From Mobula hypostoma (taxonomy: Eukaryota): 64,000 nucleotides of DNA. The translations under genes were made by a program, and so were the position numbers. The stretch is from the NCBI RefSeq assembly GCF_963921235.1, contig NC_086097.1:187738001-187802000 (forward strand), read 5' to 3'. Positions within the stretch are counted from its first letter, which is position 1, and the number at the start of each line of letters is the position of its first letter. This document shows, one piece after another, positions 38,190 through 52,452 of this stretch. The notes beneath the pieces were generated by a model. It searched no databases. It was not told where the DNA came from and worked only from the letters and a program-made list of their open reading frames with translations.

Positions 38190-39380
38190 GCAGTTCAAAG
38201 TAAATTTATTATTAAAGTACGTATACATCATCATATACAACCCTGAGATTCAGTTTTTGAGGGTATACTCAATAAATCCAAAAACCATAATAGAATCCAT
38301 GAATGACGGCATTAACAAGGCAGACAACCAGTGTACAAAAGACAACAAACAGTGCAAATACAAAAAGAAAGAAAAATAATGAATAAGTAAGCAATAAATA
38401 TTAAGAACATGAGATGAAGAGTCCTTGAAAGTGAGTCCGTACTGTATGTCATGGGACTTTTGTTCAAGAGCCTGATGAGTTGAGAGGGAATAACTGTTCC
38501 TGAATCTGGTGATGAAAGTCCTGCCGCTCTTGTAGCGACTTCCTGGCAGCAGTAGTGAGAAAAGGGCATGCCCTGTGTGGTGGAGGTCCCTGATGATGGA
38601 TGCTGCTTTCATCTGTCAGCGCTCCCTGTAGATGCACTCAGCAGTGGGAAGGACTTTGCCCGTGATGGACTGTATCATATCCACAACCTTTTGTAGGATT
38701 TTCCATTTATGGCATTGGTGTTTCCATGCCAGGACATAATGCAGCCAGTCAGTATACACTCCACCACACATCTATAGATGTTAATCAAATTATAGAAACT
38801 TCTAAGGAAGTAGAGGTGCTACTGTGCTTTCTTTTTAATTGCCCTTATGTGCTGGGCCCAGGACAGGTCCTCCGAGGAATTTAAAGTTGCTGATCATCTC
38901 CAGCTCTGATCCTCTGCTGAGGACTAGCTCATGGACTACTGGTTTCCTTCAGAAGTCAATAATCATCTCCTTGGTCTTGCTGACATTGAGTAAGAGGCAG
39001 TTATTATGGCAACACTCAGCCAGATTTTTAATCTCCCTCCTGTATGTTGATTTGTCACCGCCGTCTGATTCAGCCTTCGACAGGCAGTGGAGCATTCTTA
39101 GCCACACAGTGATAATTGTAAAGCGAGTAGAGCTTGGGGCTAAGCACACAGCCTTGTGGTGCACCTGTGCTAATAGAGATTATGGAGGAGATGTTATTAC
39201 CAAAACAAACTGACTGTGAGGTTCTGGAAGTTAGGAAATTGAGGGTCCAGTTGCACAAGGAGGTATTGATGCCAAACTTATTGATTAGTTTTGAGAGGAT
39301 GATATTATTGATTGCCAGGTTGTAGTTGATAAAGAACATCCTGATGTATGCATCTTTGCTGTCCAGGTGTTCCAGGGTTT
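38190..39380 (-). mobile_element. Rex-type LINE, decayed
   Basis: Reads STGAPQGCVLSPKLYSLY, LNVSKTKEMIIDF and HALFSLLLPGSRYKS. Confidence 0.85.
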
Positions 39381-41479
39381 AACATGGAAATATTAATTTT
39401 CGAAGGCATATTATTTGTCTAAATTTGGGAAAGCTATGGCAAATAGGTTTCAAAGTTGACAATATTGAGTTCATCCACTTTGGATCTATAAGGGGCCCAA
39501 CACCAAAATGCTTCGTAAGTGGTGAACAGCTGGAAGCAGACATAGCGAAAATATCTAAATATCTAATGGAATACTTGTCTTTATTACCAGATGACTGGAG
39601 TTAGCCAGAGAAGTAAAATAATTATAAGAAGTTCTAGTTAGACACATTTTAAGAGACATAAGTAGTCCTCTGCACCACACCTTAGGAAGTACATATTTCC
39701 CTTGGAAGAAGTGCAGTGTAAATTTGCCAGAATAACATTTTAAGTCTCTAAGTTCACTGGGGATAAGGTTGCATAAATTTGGATTTGAAGGAATGTGTAA
39801 GTTTAAGCAAACCTGATCACATACTGTAGATAATAAGGAACTATTGTGCCATTATTTTACCAAGAAGTATGTAACAATAATCTGCCTAATATTATTTCAA
39901 AAAGTCTAAAATAAGAAGTGAAATTTGGTAGTGCCAGTCCAAAATTGTGCTAGTGTGCTAGTATTCTCCTGTGAAGGATCAAATTTCCTACATTAATAAT
40001 ACTTTCTATCACAGCTCTGACTTCAGCAGCTTTGCCCTTAAAGGATCATGACACATCTTAACCCACACTCTCTCAGCTGCTGGGAGTGTTGGCAAGGAAT
40101 GGGTGTACATACACTGATGAGAGGTGAGCGTTACAGTGTCCTTTTGTGGAGATAAAGGAGCTGTGCACACAAGAGACATCACATTGTCCAGAGAGGACAC
40201 GTGTAATAAAATTGCCTAGATGGTGTCTATGAAGAGATAGATTCCATCTGTGAATGACTTCACTTTTCAGAATCCTGCACTGCAGCCCAATGAGAATTCT
40301 AAAATCACATTGAAATCACACAAAGTGAAAAGTTCCCACTGTCCATTGAGTTTTCATGATTCCTGTATTGTCATTATGAGCAGTAAAGAGTCACATGATA
40401 CATTTCAGCAGAGGCTGCATTAAGGATTCTTCGACAAACTTTCTGAGACAGCTACCCTGCTAAGACTTTGTAGACGTTGTAAACTTTGTAGACTTGTGCT
40501 CATTTGCTGCTTCAATTTTCTAGTTCTAGTTTTGCTTCTAGTTTTCCAAGCAAGTAAACACAAGGCTGCTTCGACCTCTGAGTCAAAATCATCATTATCC
40601 TCACTTTCAGAAACCTTGCCTCAAGATCCTTGCAAGCTCTCCCTGCTGAAGTATGTCAAATATGACAATTTGTTGCTCACAGCTTCATCTCAAATGCTAC
40701 ACCAGCAAACTGGGAAGCTGTCAATTTTTGACATTGTATGATATTTGCTAGTGATACTTGCATTCAAATTTCAAAGAGGCATTTGGCTTCCAAACCTATG
40801 TGCAGTCATTGAGTACTCTTATGGACAACTTCCTCCCAAGGTTTCCGCCCTTTCCATCAGATGTTCTTTTCATCTTTGCTTTTCAGGTTTAATGGTTATG
40901 GAACCCTTCCCTACTTATAGGATTTCTTCTGGCATTTGTGGCTACATGATTTTAAGGGTAGTGACTGGTATCCCAGTTAGACTTAGGCTAGTTGAGGTTT
41001 TGATTGACAGCACTTAATCTATTCCTTCACTAGAAGTGCGTCTGGAGCCTTTAAATGACTTACAGTTTGAGCAATCGGTGTTATTAAAAGCTTGTTTTTC
41101 CATACATGAAGAGTACTTGCTGTGATATAAGACAATGGTGTTAAAAAGCTGATTTCAAACAGATTTTGGGAGTAGTACAATGGCTTAAATCATTTGAGTG
41201 AGCTGGTCACCGGACATACAGTGAAGGTTGCACAAAACTCTCAAATTAGAAATGCCATACCTTACTAATGATTATCATTAATTATATTAACATTATCATT
41301 AATGTATTTAGTGTATTCAAAAATAATTAATACTGTGTTTTTTAAATTTTTGGGGCATGGAGCAAATTTCTACATCTAAGCTTTTCAGGAGTGAAGATAT
41401 GGAATTATAGATCAACCATCTATTATCACTCTCTGGCTTCTTCTTAGAAGCCAATGTCAAATCCAATTTACAACTTCCT

Positions 41480-42385
41480 CCTGAATGCCACACAACTAAA
41501 CCTTCTGGACTAGCCACCCATGTGGGACTTATCAAACACCTTGCTAATTTCCTATTAGACAGTGTCCACTCTCTTGATAACCTCATCAAAATTCTTAAGA
41601 TTGCTTAGATATGATCTATCATAAAGCTATGTTAACTATCTATTATCAGACCATGTTATCCAAATATTTATTATCCTGTCCCTTAGAATACCTTCCTATA
41701 ATTTACCCACTTCGTGAGGCTCACCAGTTTAGAGATTCCTAGCTTACTCTTAGAGCCTTTCTTGAAAAATAGAACAGCATTAGCTATCTTCCAGTCTTCT
41801 GATTCCTCACCCACCATTAAGAACATTTTAAATACCTCTGCAGGGCCCTTGCAAGTTCTGCACGAGCCTCCCATAGACTCCGAGGGTGTCGGGCCCTGTG
41901 GATTTATCGAGCCTGATTTGACTCAAGGCAGCGAGCACCTCCTCTTTTCTAATCCAGATACAGTCCATGATTTCAATGCTGTCTTGCCTCAGTTCTATAG
42001 ACTCAATGTCCATCTCCTGAGTAAATATAGATGCAAAAAATCTATATAAGACCTCCATACCCCTTAAGCAGGGCCTCAATGTCACAGAAAAACCAAGGCT
42101 CCCTACACCTGTTAGACTTACTTTTATTTTAACAGGAACATACAAACCACTTACAGTCAATATTTCACTTTTAAAGGCCTCCCACTTACCAAGCATCTCT
42201 TTGCCAGACAACAATCTGTCTCCATCGATACATCTCAGATCTTTTCTGATGCCATCAAAACTGACCTTTCTCCAATTTAGAATCTCAACCCAAGGACTAG
42301 ACCCATCCTTCTCCATAATTATTTTGGAACTAATGGAATTATGATCACTAGATTCAAAGTGTCCCTGTACACACAATTATGGCAC
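41480..42385 (-). mobile_element. CR1 internal fragment (endonuclease-RT linker) with deletions
   Basis: HFESSDHNSISSKIIMEKD...EILNWRK is homologous to 56270-57300. Confidence 0.85.
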
Positions 42386-42597
42386 ACTTCTATACATAGA
42401 GGGTGACTGAAACTTACAGTTATCTTCTGTTAAAGGCAACCAGTGATGAGGTCAGTTGCTAGTTTGAAATCTGTTTTATAGATATTTAATAATGGAAGAT
42501 GTGGGAAATATAAGAATTTTTATATTGCTTTCCTTATGCCATAAAGCAGGCTATATGCTGCATCATAGAACGATCTCGTCAATTCCATTCACCCACT

Positions 42598-42915
42598 TAT
42601 TGTAGACTTTTCTCTATTTCTGTCCTTTAATACACCTGTAATTCTCCTACGACACACGTGAACTGAGGGGGATTTACAACAGCTAATTACCTATGTTGCC
42701 AAGAACAATCATGGTCATGGAAAGACCATGATCGCCCACGTCATACAGTACGGCACATAAGGAGGATGAATTACCTACCAAACATTATAATGCAGGAAAA
42801 ATATTAGTTATGGAGAAAATGTGTGAACTCCACCCAGAAAGTTCCTGAGGTCAGTTTTGAACCTAAGTCGCTGGAGCAATGAGGCAGCACCAATACCTGA
42901 TGTCTAACTATACCA
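42598..42915 (-). mobile_element. Decayed V-SINE containing a 75 bp + strand insertion (42694-42768) with TSD AATTACCTA
   Basis: TSD at 42685-42693 and 42769-42777. The insert equals the 3' end of the 7886-8358 element. Confidence 0.6.
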
Positions 42916-44704
42916 TCCAATCTAAAATTAGAAGACAGCTCAATTTCGCTGATAATTGAACAACCTTGGGGAGCTAAAAACCAACTTCTAGATCATTTTT
43001 GTATGCTCCTATGCTAATAATTCTAAAGCTCAAATAATTCCACTGTCCATGAGTCACATATGTGATATTTCACGTTTAAAACATTCTTTATGTGGATTAG
43101 AATGATGTTTACTGTATATTTAATGTTGTAAATGAAGCAGTTAGCATCAGGGGGTCTCATATTAAACCTACCTTTTATACATTATAGCTAAAGAGAAAAA
43201 AACTTGATATTCTCAAATTGTGCAAGATTGCCTCTAGCAGAAAGAAATCTTATAGCATATAGTAATTTCTCCTTTTTCATCTATTATGGAGCGTTAAGTC
43301 ATGCTGTGTAGGAAATTTGCATACTTTGCTGCAATTTCAAGTTTTCCACACAACAATTAAATTGACATTGTGGGAATTATTGTTGCCTACAGTAGCTGCT
43401 CCCATTCTGATGTGTGACGACAAATTGTAAATTAGAATCTGTTTAGTTTTAACAGAATGTCCCTGAGTAAAAATAGCCTACAGCAATATCGATCATTGCG
43501 TGGTTAGAGTGGTAGTGCTTCAAATTTATCACAAGATCTTGTTACCAAGAAACTGAATTTAGGAATGTAAATATGCATGGAATGGAAATGTGATTTCTTT
43601 TTCCCCCCCCAGTTTTGTTGAGACTGCTTTGCAACTTGAGCCCAAGACATTCTTGAGATTTGAGTTCACTTCCTCCATCTTCTCTGGGAAAATGGTAATA
43701 AATACCATTTCTTTCTTATATAAATAAAATAACAAAACCTTGAAGATGTTTGCACTTTTGTCCCACATTTTAATTACAGAATCAGGATCCTTTAAAGCAT
43801 ACCCTGAGCCCCATTCTTTAAATCCATTTGCTAACTCTTTGCAGCCAAAACCTGGTTGCAAGTTCCCAGAGACTGCACATTTTCAAGATCAGAAACGTGT
43901 CTCCCGTTCTCTGGAATCTGGCCTCATGTGGTAAGCCATAGATAAATTTGCTTGTGGCCAGTATAGTGGGGAGAATTCTCAATTCAACTAACAGCATTGC
44001 TCCTGTGCTGTCTTCTTCTGTTAATGGAGGAATGACATTGTTGATGGGTGATGGGATCAGACACACTGCAGTTGTGGAAGGGAGGATAAGTGGGGACTGG
44101 ATGCACTGGTGATGTTGGGGAGTGCTGAGAAAGGAACAGACACAGCTGCTGAGGGAATGGAAACAAAACATTAGGCATGCTTATCCAGGAAGTGGGGTGG
44201 GGGGGAAGGGATTTAGCTGTCACTTAAGAGTGGGAAAGGGATATTCTGCTGAGGGATTAGGGGCAAGATTGGATTCAGATGTATGGAGCTGCTAACAGCA
44301 ACAGGAGTGTGTAGACTGAAGGGACAGGAAAGCACAACCAGGGTTTAAGGATGCATTTGACAGTAGGCTTCGTGGTTTGTGTAATTGTAGGGAATAGTGT
44401 GCCACAAGAATTTAAATGGTTATTTTACTTACCTGCAGTTCCTCCAGATGAAAGCTTTAGAATAGGATTGCATGCAGGACGTGCATTTAAGGCGAAGGGG
44501 GAAAGTTTAAAGATGTGTAGGTCAACATTTTACACAGTGATAAGTGGCTGGAATGGGCTGCTGGGGGAGTGATGGAAGGAGACACAATACTGGCCTTTCA
44601 GAGGCTTTTAGACCGATACATAGATATGCAAGGAATAGAGTGACATAGATCATGTACAGACAGAAGAGATTAAGCTTAATTTGGCATTTAGCATAATGAA
44701 ATGC

Positions 44705-45620
44705 TTCACGAGTTTAGTAATGGCTAGAATTAACTCCTGCTTGAGCAAGAACCTGGAACCACTGCAATTCGCCTAATATCACAACAGGTCTAACTAAAGC
44801 AGACACAATCTTTCTAGCTCCCCACTCTGCTTTGAAGTACCTAGACAACTGCAAGACATGCAGCTAGCTGCTGTTTATGAAATTACACCTTGATGTTCAA
44901 CATCATTCCCTTATTAGTAATAAGCAAACTTCAAAACCTAACCCTTTGTACCTCCCTCTGAAACTGGATCCTTGACTTCCTTATCAGGAGACCACAGTAA
45001 GTGTGGATCAGTAAAAAGATCTCCTCGCTGATGATCAACACAGACGCACCTCGAGGATGAATGGTTAGCCCACTGCTCTCCTCTCTCTGCACTCATGACT
45101 GTATGGCCCTAATCACAGCTCGAATGAAATCTATAATTTTGTTGATGACACCACTGTTACTGGTAGAATCTCAGGTGGTGCTGTGCTGAGACAGATCATA
45201 TCGATGTATTGTGTCACTACAACTTCGCATTCAATATCAGCAAGACCAAGGGACTAATTGTAGACTTCAAGGGGAGGTTGGAAGAACACACTCCAGCCCT
45301 CCATTGAGGGATTGATTCATTTTCCTTGGTATCAACATCTCAGAGGATCTATCATGTGCCTAATGTGTTGATGCAATCATAACTAAGGCATACCAACAGA
45401 TATACTTCATTAGGAATTTGATGAGATGGTTATGTCACTAAAGACTCTTACACATTTCTATATATGCATGGTGGACAGCATTCTGACTGTTTACCTCACA
45501 GCCTGGTATGGAGCCTCCACTTCACAGCATTTTAAGAGGCTGCAAAGGGTTGTAGACTCCATCATGCACTCAACCCACCCACCACTGAGGACATCTTCAT
45601 AAGATACCTAAGAAGGCAGA
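44705..45620 (+). mobile_element. Rex-type LINE, heavily decayed
   Basis: Nucleotide similarity to 50470-51200 (for example atcagcaagaccaagggactaattgtagacttc). Confidence 0.7.
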
Positions 45621-45721
45621 AGTATACTTACCTTTATTTACAGGGTTTGTAAAATATACAGGCAATGCAGTTATGATACAATTATGTAAAATAGTCAGTC
45701 TGCAGTTGAGTTTACCACATT

Positions 45722-46220
45722 ATAGAAACATGGAAAACCTACAGCACAATACAGGCCCTCTGGCCCACAAAGCTGTGCCAAACATGTTCTTACCTTAGAA
45801 ATTACCTAGGTTTACCCATAGCCCTCTAGCCCTATAGGAAGGATGTAATAACATGGAGAGTATACAGAGAGATTCACCAGGATGCTTCTGGAATCAAGCA
45901 TTTCGGTTATAAGAATAGATCAGTTTTCTTTGGAGTAAGAGACAAAACCTGGAAGAAAATCTTTCTCCATAGTAGAGAAATCTAAAACTGGATGACATAG
46001 ATTTAGGATAATAAGAGGGTAAGAGGTTTGAAGGGCATCTGAGGAAGAAGTTTTTGGCCTACAGCCTAAGAAGGTGATGGAAGCAAACATTCTCACAACA
46101 TTTAAAGAGTATTTAGTTGAACACTTGAAACTGGCATAGAATACTACTGTGCAAATGTATAGCTAAGTGCAGTCTGCATTACCTGGGCACTGTGAAATCA
46201 AGGCCCTGTTTCGATGCTCT
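45722..46220. mobile_element. CR1 tail (minus, about 45722-45828) abutting an old CR1 3' fragment (plus)
   Basis: 45722-45828 is the reverse complement of about 32845-32945. Downstream, gagattcaccaggatgc is a CR1 motif. Confidence 0.65.
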
Positions 46221-47324
46221 ATTGGTAAATCAGAAAGAACAATGGTATCGAATTTTGGAAATTAATAAAATGTGCATGTTATTCTTTTTCTACACATTTA
46301 GCACATTATAGAATACAATTTTTTTAATGCCACTGCATCTGTACAGCCAAAATTATTATTGCATCAGTTGGTACAAAAAGTGTTTTCCATGCATGATACC
46401 AGCATTGTCTTCTAGTATAACATCTTACAGCATGGATCTCTTTGGACATTATAAAGAAAATTACTAATGAAGCCTGATGTACGTGTTGGCACAATAACCT
46501 TACAATGCTGAACTGTTCTGAGAAGTATTTGAGTAACACTCTTTTGCTATGTTATTTAATGAAACTGATGTCATTATACGTTATTTTAATCTGTGCCATT
46601 GCAGGTTTAATTTGAACAAGTATAGATATTTATACCCAATATTCATTTTACCAATAAAATGGCAATTATAGAGATTATTGAATATATTAGTCAGTGATTC
46701 AAAAGTTTATAATTAACTTAATTGTAGCTGTATCTCATTATTAGTATTAATGCAGTAATAGTCTAAGTTATGGAAAATGAAAGATCATCCATTTATGGAA
46801 TGCCTTTCACAGTATGACTAAAAACAATTCAGAAACAATGACATTTTCTATTGTAGTTGCTTATAATGCAGGAAAAGAAAAGATATCTATTTTATTCCAA
46901 AGACATCACCTTTTTAATTTTAGCTGACTTGACTATATGGGTTCATGGTTTAAAGCTGTCGAGCTACAAGGTCAGAAACATGGCAAATTTAATTGTCATT
47001 GGTGATTCTCACAACTGGTCTTGTGAGAGCGTGTTTTCATCTTTTCTCACAAGGTATTTAAAAATCAATTCTATTAAAAATGTTTAATTTATGCAGGATT
47101 ACAACAGTATCCTGAGCCCATCCACTCCAATTGGCAGTCATTCAAAATCATTCAAAAATTCACTTAGACTTCCTAGAGCTAATTCTATACCTTTACTTCA
47201 TGGTGCATAGTTACAGTATTTAAGGAGAACATACACAAATATTAACAAGATACAATTTACTGTGATCAAAATTCAGAGGCAGGAAAGAAGTAGGAATGCT
47301 CTTCCCAAAGAAAATGCCAAATAG

Positions 47325-47985
47325 GATCATAAGACCTAGTAGCAGAATTAGGCTATTCTGCCTAACAAGTCTGCTCTGCCATTCCATGATGTCTTATTTA
47401 TTATAGAAACATAGAAAATAGGTGCAGGAGTAGGCCATTTGACCCTTCGAGCCTACACCGCCATTCAGTATGATCATGGCTGATCATCGAACTCAGAACC
47501 CTGTACCTGCCTTCCCCCCATACCCCCTGATCCCTTTAGCCACAAGGGCCATATCTAACTCCCTCTTAAATATCGCCAATGAACTGGCCTCAACTGTTTC
47601 CTGTGGCAGAGAATTCCACAGATTCACCACTCTCTGTGTGAAGAAGTTTTTCCTAATCTCAGTCCTAAAAGGCTTCCCCTTTGTCCTCAAACTGTGACCC
47701 CTCATTCTGGACTTCCCCATCAACCATGTTCTCATGCCTTCTCCCTATAACAATTGACACCCTTACTAATCATAAACCTGTCAAACTCTACATTAAAATT
47801 AACCAATGGTGTGGCCTTCACAGCCATCTGTGGCAATGAATTCCAAGGACTCACACCTTCCAGCTAAAGAAAGTCCTGCTCCTCTCTGTTCTAAAGAGCT
47901 ATCTATAATGTTCTAAAGTGAGACTGTGCTCTGTGCTGATAGAATCCCCCACTCTAAGAAACATTCTCTGCATGTCCACTCTAGA
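47325..47985 (-). mobile_element. CR1 3' fragment with a younger CR1 3' end nested at about 47404-47721
   Basis: Nested piece reads KNFFTQRVVNLWNSLPQETVEASSLAIFKRELD, with a (TTTCTATG) tail. Confidence 0.8.
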
Positions 47986-47989
47986 CCAA

Positions 47990-49385
47990 ACGAGAGAGCC
48001 TGGCCAGGATGGTGGGGATCCCTGATGATGGGGGCTGCCTTCCTGTGACAACGCTCCATATAGAGAACTCAGTGGTGGGGAGGGTTTTATCCATGATGGA
48101 CTGGGCCAGATCACCTACTTTCTGTAGGATTTTCTGTTCAAGTGCATTGGTGTAGCCATACCAGGCTGCGATGCAGCCATTCGATATACTCTCCACTACA
48201 AGTCTTTAGGAGTTTCAGGTATTATGCCGAATCTTTGCAAACTCCTAAGGATGTAGAGGCACTGTCGTGCTTTCGACCCTAATTGCAGTTGCGTGCTGGG
48301 CCAAGACAGGTCCTCTGAAATGATATAACTGAGGAATTTAAAGTTACTGACCCTCTCCACTTCTGATCCTCCAATAAGGTCTGGCTCATTGACCTCTGAT
48401 TTCCTCCTCCTGTAGCCAATAATCAGCTTCTTGGGCTTGCTGACACTGAGCAAGAAGTTGTTGTGGCACCACTCGGCCAGATTTTCAATTTCCCTCCTAT
48501 ATGCTGATTTGCCACCATCTTTGATTTCAGCCTACAAAAGTGGTGTCATCAGCTGTGCTTAGCCACACAGTTATAAGCGTAAAGCAAGTAGAGCAGGGGA
48601 CTAAGCACACAGCCTTTTGGTGCATCTATGCTGAGGAAGATTGTGGAGGAGATGTTATTGCCAATCTGAGCTGATTTAGGGTCTGCAGGTGAGGAAATTG
48701 CACAAGGTATTGAAGCCAAAGTCTTGATGCTTATTGATTAGTTTTGAGGGGATGATGGTATTGAATGCCAAGCTGTGGTCAATAAAGAGCATCCTGATGT
48801 CTGCATCTTTGCTCTCCGAATGTACCAGAGTTGAATGAAAAGCCAATAAGATGGCATCTGCTGTAGACCTGTTGTGCCATTGGGCAAATTGGAGTGGATC
48901 AAAGTAATTTCTCAGGCGGTAGTTAATATGTTTCATCTCAAAACTCTCAAAACACTTCATCACATTCCAACGGTCTATTGAGGTAGTAGAACAGAGAAAA
49001 CTAACAGATGAAAAGTAATGTGTTACATTTGTACAAAAAATGCAGTGCAGGTAGAAAATAAGGTACAAGGCCATGACGAGGTAGATTGTGAGGTCAAGAG
49101 TTCACTTTATGGTACCAGGGGACAGGTTAGTAGTCTTTTAACAGTGGGATTACAGTTGTCCTTGATCTTGTAGTTTGTGGTTTCAGGCTTTTATGGCTTC
49201 TGCCCAAAGGGAAGGGCAGAAGAGGGAACGTCTGGAACAGTTGGGGTCTTTAATTAGGTTGGCTGCTTTACTGGGGCAGTGGGAATTGTAAACAGAGTCT
49301 ATAGAAGGGAGGCTAGATTCTGAGACATGCTCAGCTGTGTCCATAACTCTCTGCAGTTTCTTGTGGTCTTGGGCAGAGCAGCTGA
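47990..49385 (-). mobile_element. Rex-type LINE fragments (two adjacent pieces, about 47990-48965 and 48975-49385)
   Basis: Reads DPLQFAQWHNRSTADAI, MLFIDHSLAFNTIIPSKL and VERVSNFKFL. Confidence 0.82.
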
Positions 49386-50019
49386 TCTGGGGAAATAGCT
49401 GGAGATGCCATCTGGGCCAGGTTTGCTCTCCAGAAGACATATCTGATGTCTGCAATGGTGACCGCGTGTTCACCGGCTGTCACAATGGGTGGTTCCCCAT
49501 TCTCTTTCAGTTTGAAACGTGCATAGAATGCACTAAGCTCATCAGGAAGAGAAGCACTGTTGGAAGTACAGTTTATTTCAGTGCTGAGTGACTGAAAATT
49601 TCTTTTTCCTGGAGTTAAATGAGATGACCACTATTTTGAGAATCGTTTGATGTTGCTCTGAACTTCATTTGAACACTAACCCTCATGAATTGGGCATCAG
49701 TGTCGGACACAATTTCCATATCAAATACACATAATATGTTGCTAGAAACTGTATAATTTTTCTTTTGGAGTGTGAGAGAAAATTATTCTCTGCTTTTTCC
49801 CTAAGTACCTATTGATCACTCCTAGATTTATAACTTTGTTAATAACGCAACAGCCTGTTGCTCTGTATTATCAGAATGTGATCCACTTCCCACCAATGTG
49901 TACCAACTTAGTCCCAATGCTTGGTTCGATCTGTAATTCTTTGATTGCATCCCCAACCCATCGATTAAATCAGGCACATCTCTCTGATCATCTTTAGCTG
50001 ATACCCTAATAACGGATTT

Positions 50020-51920
50020 CCCAAGAAAGTTACAAGAGGTCCAGGTACAATCTTCAGAAAGCCATCTCATGGGCCAAGTGGCAATTCCGGATTAAACTTG
50101 AATCACTGAAGGATGCTCCTCAGCTGTGGCAGGACTTGAATTCCATCACATCTTGAAAAGTTAAATCAACCAACATAGGTGACAGCAGGGCTTCACTTCC
50201 AGGTGAGATCAATGCCTTCTATGTTCACTTTGACCATCAAAACATGGAGGAGCCATCACAAATACCCGCATCCCCCGACGATTCTATGTGAGGCCAATGA
50301 GCGAGCAGCCTTCTGGAGGGTAAACACACAAAAAGCATCCGGCCCAGGCAGGGTGCCTGACCGAGTACTAAAGACGTCTGCTGATCAACTGGATGGAGTG
50401 TTCGCTGAATCTTTAACTTCTCATTTTGGTATTTTGAGGTACCCATTTGCTTCATGTAGGCTTCGATTATAGCTCAGCATATAATACCATCATCCCCTCA
50501 AAACTGATCAATAAGCTCCAAGACCTTGGCCTCAGTACCTCCTTGTGCAATTAGATCCTTTATTTCCTTACTTGTAGACTTCAGTCAATTCAGATTGGCA
50601 ACGATATCTCCTTCATGATCTCCATCAGCACAGGGGCACCACAAGGCTGTGTGCTTAGCCCCCTGCTCTACTCGCTTTACACTTGTATCTGTGTGGCTAA
50701 GCAATGCAACATTCAAGTTTGCTGACAACAGGCTGAATCAGAGGTGGTGTTGAATCAGCACATAGGAGGGAGATCGAAAATCTGGATGAGTGCCATGGCA
50801 ACAACCTCTTACTCAATGTCAGCAAGACCAAAGAGCTGATTATTGACTTCAGGAGAAGGAAGCCAGAGGTCCATGAGCCAGTCCTTATCAGAAGCGGAGA
50901 GGGTCAGCAACTTTAAATTCCTCAGTGTCATTATTCCAGAGGACCTGTCTTGAGCCCAGCACGTATGTGCCATTATGAAGGAAGTATGGCAGTCCCTCTA
51001 CTTCCTTAAGAGTTTGACAAAATTCGACATGACATCTGAAACTCTGACAAACTTCTATAGATGTCTAGCGGACAGTATATTGACTAGCTGCATCACTGCC
51101 TATGGAAACACCAATGCCCTTGAACAGAATACCCTACAAAAAGTAGTGGATCGATCACCGGTAAAGCCCTCTCCACTACTGAGCATTTCTACATGAAATA
51201 CTGTTGCAGGATAGCAGCATCCATCATCAGGGACCCATACTTCCCAGGACATGCTCCCTTCTCACTGCAGCTATCGGGAAGAAGGTACAGGAAACTTAGC
51301 ACTCCTATCACCAGGTTCAGTAAGAGTTGCTACACCCCAGTCATCAGGTTCTTGAACCAAAGGGCATAATTTTACTCATCTTCACTTGCCCCACCATTGA
51401 AATATTTCCACAACCAATGGACCCACTATCAAGGACTCTTCATCTCATGCTGTCAATATTTGTTGCCTATTTAGCCATTTCTTTTTCTATTTGCACGTAA
51501 TACAGCACAGTTTGTTATATCATGTAATCTGACTGGACTCCCAAGTTGATGCGGTCTTTTATTGATGTGTTGGGCACGTGTCCAAGAGGTTAAGGCGTTC
51601 ATCGAGTGATCTGAAGGTCGCTAGTTCGAGCCTTAGCTGTGGCAGCATGTTTGTGCCTTGAGCAAGGCACTTAACCACACATTGCTGTAGTGTCTGTTTG
51701 AGGAGTGGCGCCCCACGCAGACTTCCAATCTGCGCCTTTTAAGGCATGAAAATGCCCGACGCAGGCCACTCATGGTCTGAGTCGATGTTCCCTCTCCTCC
51801 CCTTTATTAGTTCTGTTATGGTTATTATTTTATAGATTTATTGAGTGTACCCACAAGAAACTGATTCTCAGGGTTGTACATGGTGATTTATTTGTACATT
51901 GATAATAAAATTGCTTTGGA
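50020..51920 (+). mobile_element. Rex-type LINE, decayed, with a SINE inserted in its 3' UTR
   Basis: Reads KASGPGRVPDRVLKTSADQLDGVF, GAPQGCVLSPLLYSLYT and LTNFYRC; 3' tail present. Confidence 0.85.
51572..51803 (+). mobile_element. tRNA-derived SINE (not V-type)
   Basis: A-box-like GTGTCCAAGAGGTTAAG, B-box AGTTCGAGCC, then GTGCCTTGAGCAAGGCACTTAACC typical of SINE bodies. Confidence 0.75.
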
Positions 51921-52165
51921 AAGTAAATTTACTCACCTCCCCAATATATTCAACTCCATGAAAGCCAACCTTTAAACATTCTAATTGATTTCCCAGTCTC
52001 TAAAGTTCCATGAAAAGGTATTAATCCCAAATCCCCAAATCTAAACCAGGCCCATTTCCAAACTCATCATCAGAGCACGAACCTGGACATCCATCACTTC
52101 ATCTCCCCTTCCTACATTGCTCTTCTGACGATCCACTCTTCAGATCCATCCTTAGCTTTTATTTT

Positions 52166-52452
52166 CAGTGATCCATCATGGATTAGGCCCTTCTGGCTCT
52201 CGAGCCACGCTACCCCAGCAAACCCTGATAAACCTGATTAATGCTAACATAATCATGGGACAGGTTACAATGACCAATTTACCTATCCGGTACACCTTTG
52301 GACTTTGGGAGAAAACAGGAGGACCTGGAGGAAACCCACACATTCCACAGAGGAGTACAGAGATTCCTCACAGTATGGTGCCAGAATTGAACTTCGAACT
52401 CCTGAATGGCCCCTAGTAGTGTCATACTAACCACTATGCTACCATGGCACCC
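52166..52452 (-). mobile_element. V-SINE
   Basis: Homologous to 29689-29978 and 53084-53385. Confidence 0.8.

Noticed and set aside
40440..41100. Coding-like unique stretch (acidic patch on the minus strand); similar impression at 8850-9270
   Set aside because: Multiple stops in the frames I read and no recognisable motif; cannot be assigned without a BLASTX search.
43870..44345. Possible additional decayed Penelope fragment on the minus strand
   Set aside because: Compositional resemblance only; no motif I could translate confidently.
51572..51645. Possible tRNA gene
   Set aside because: No complete cloverleaf or terminator; it continues into a SINE body.
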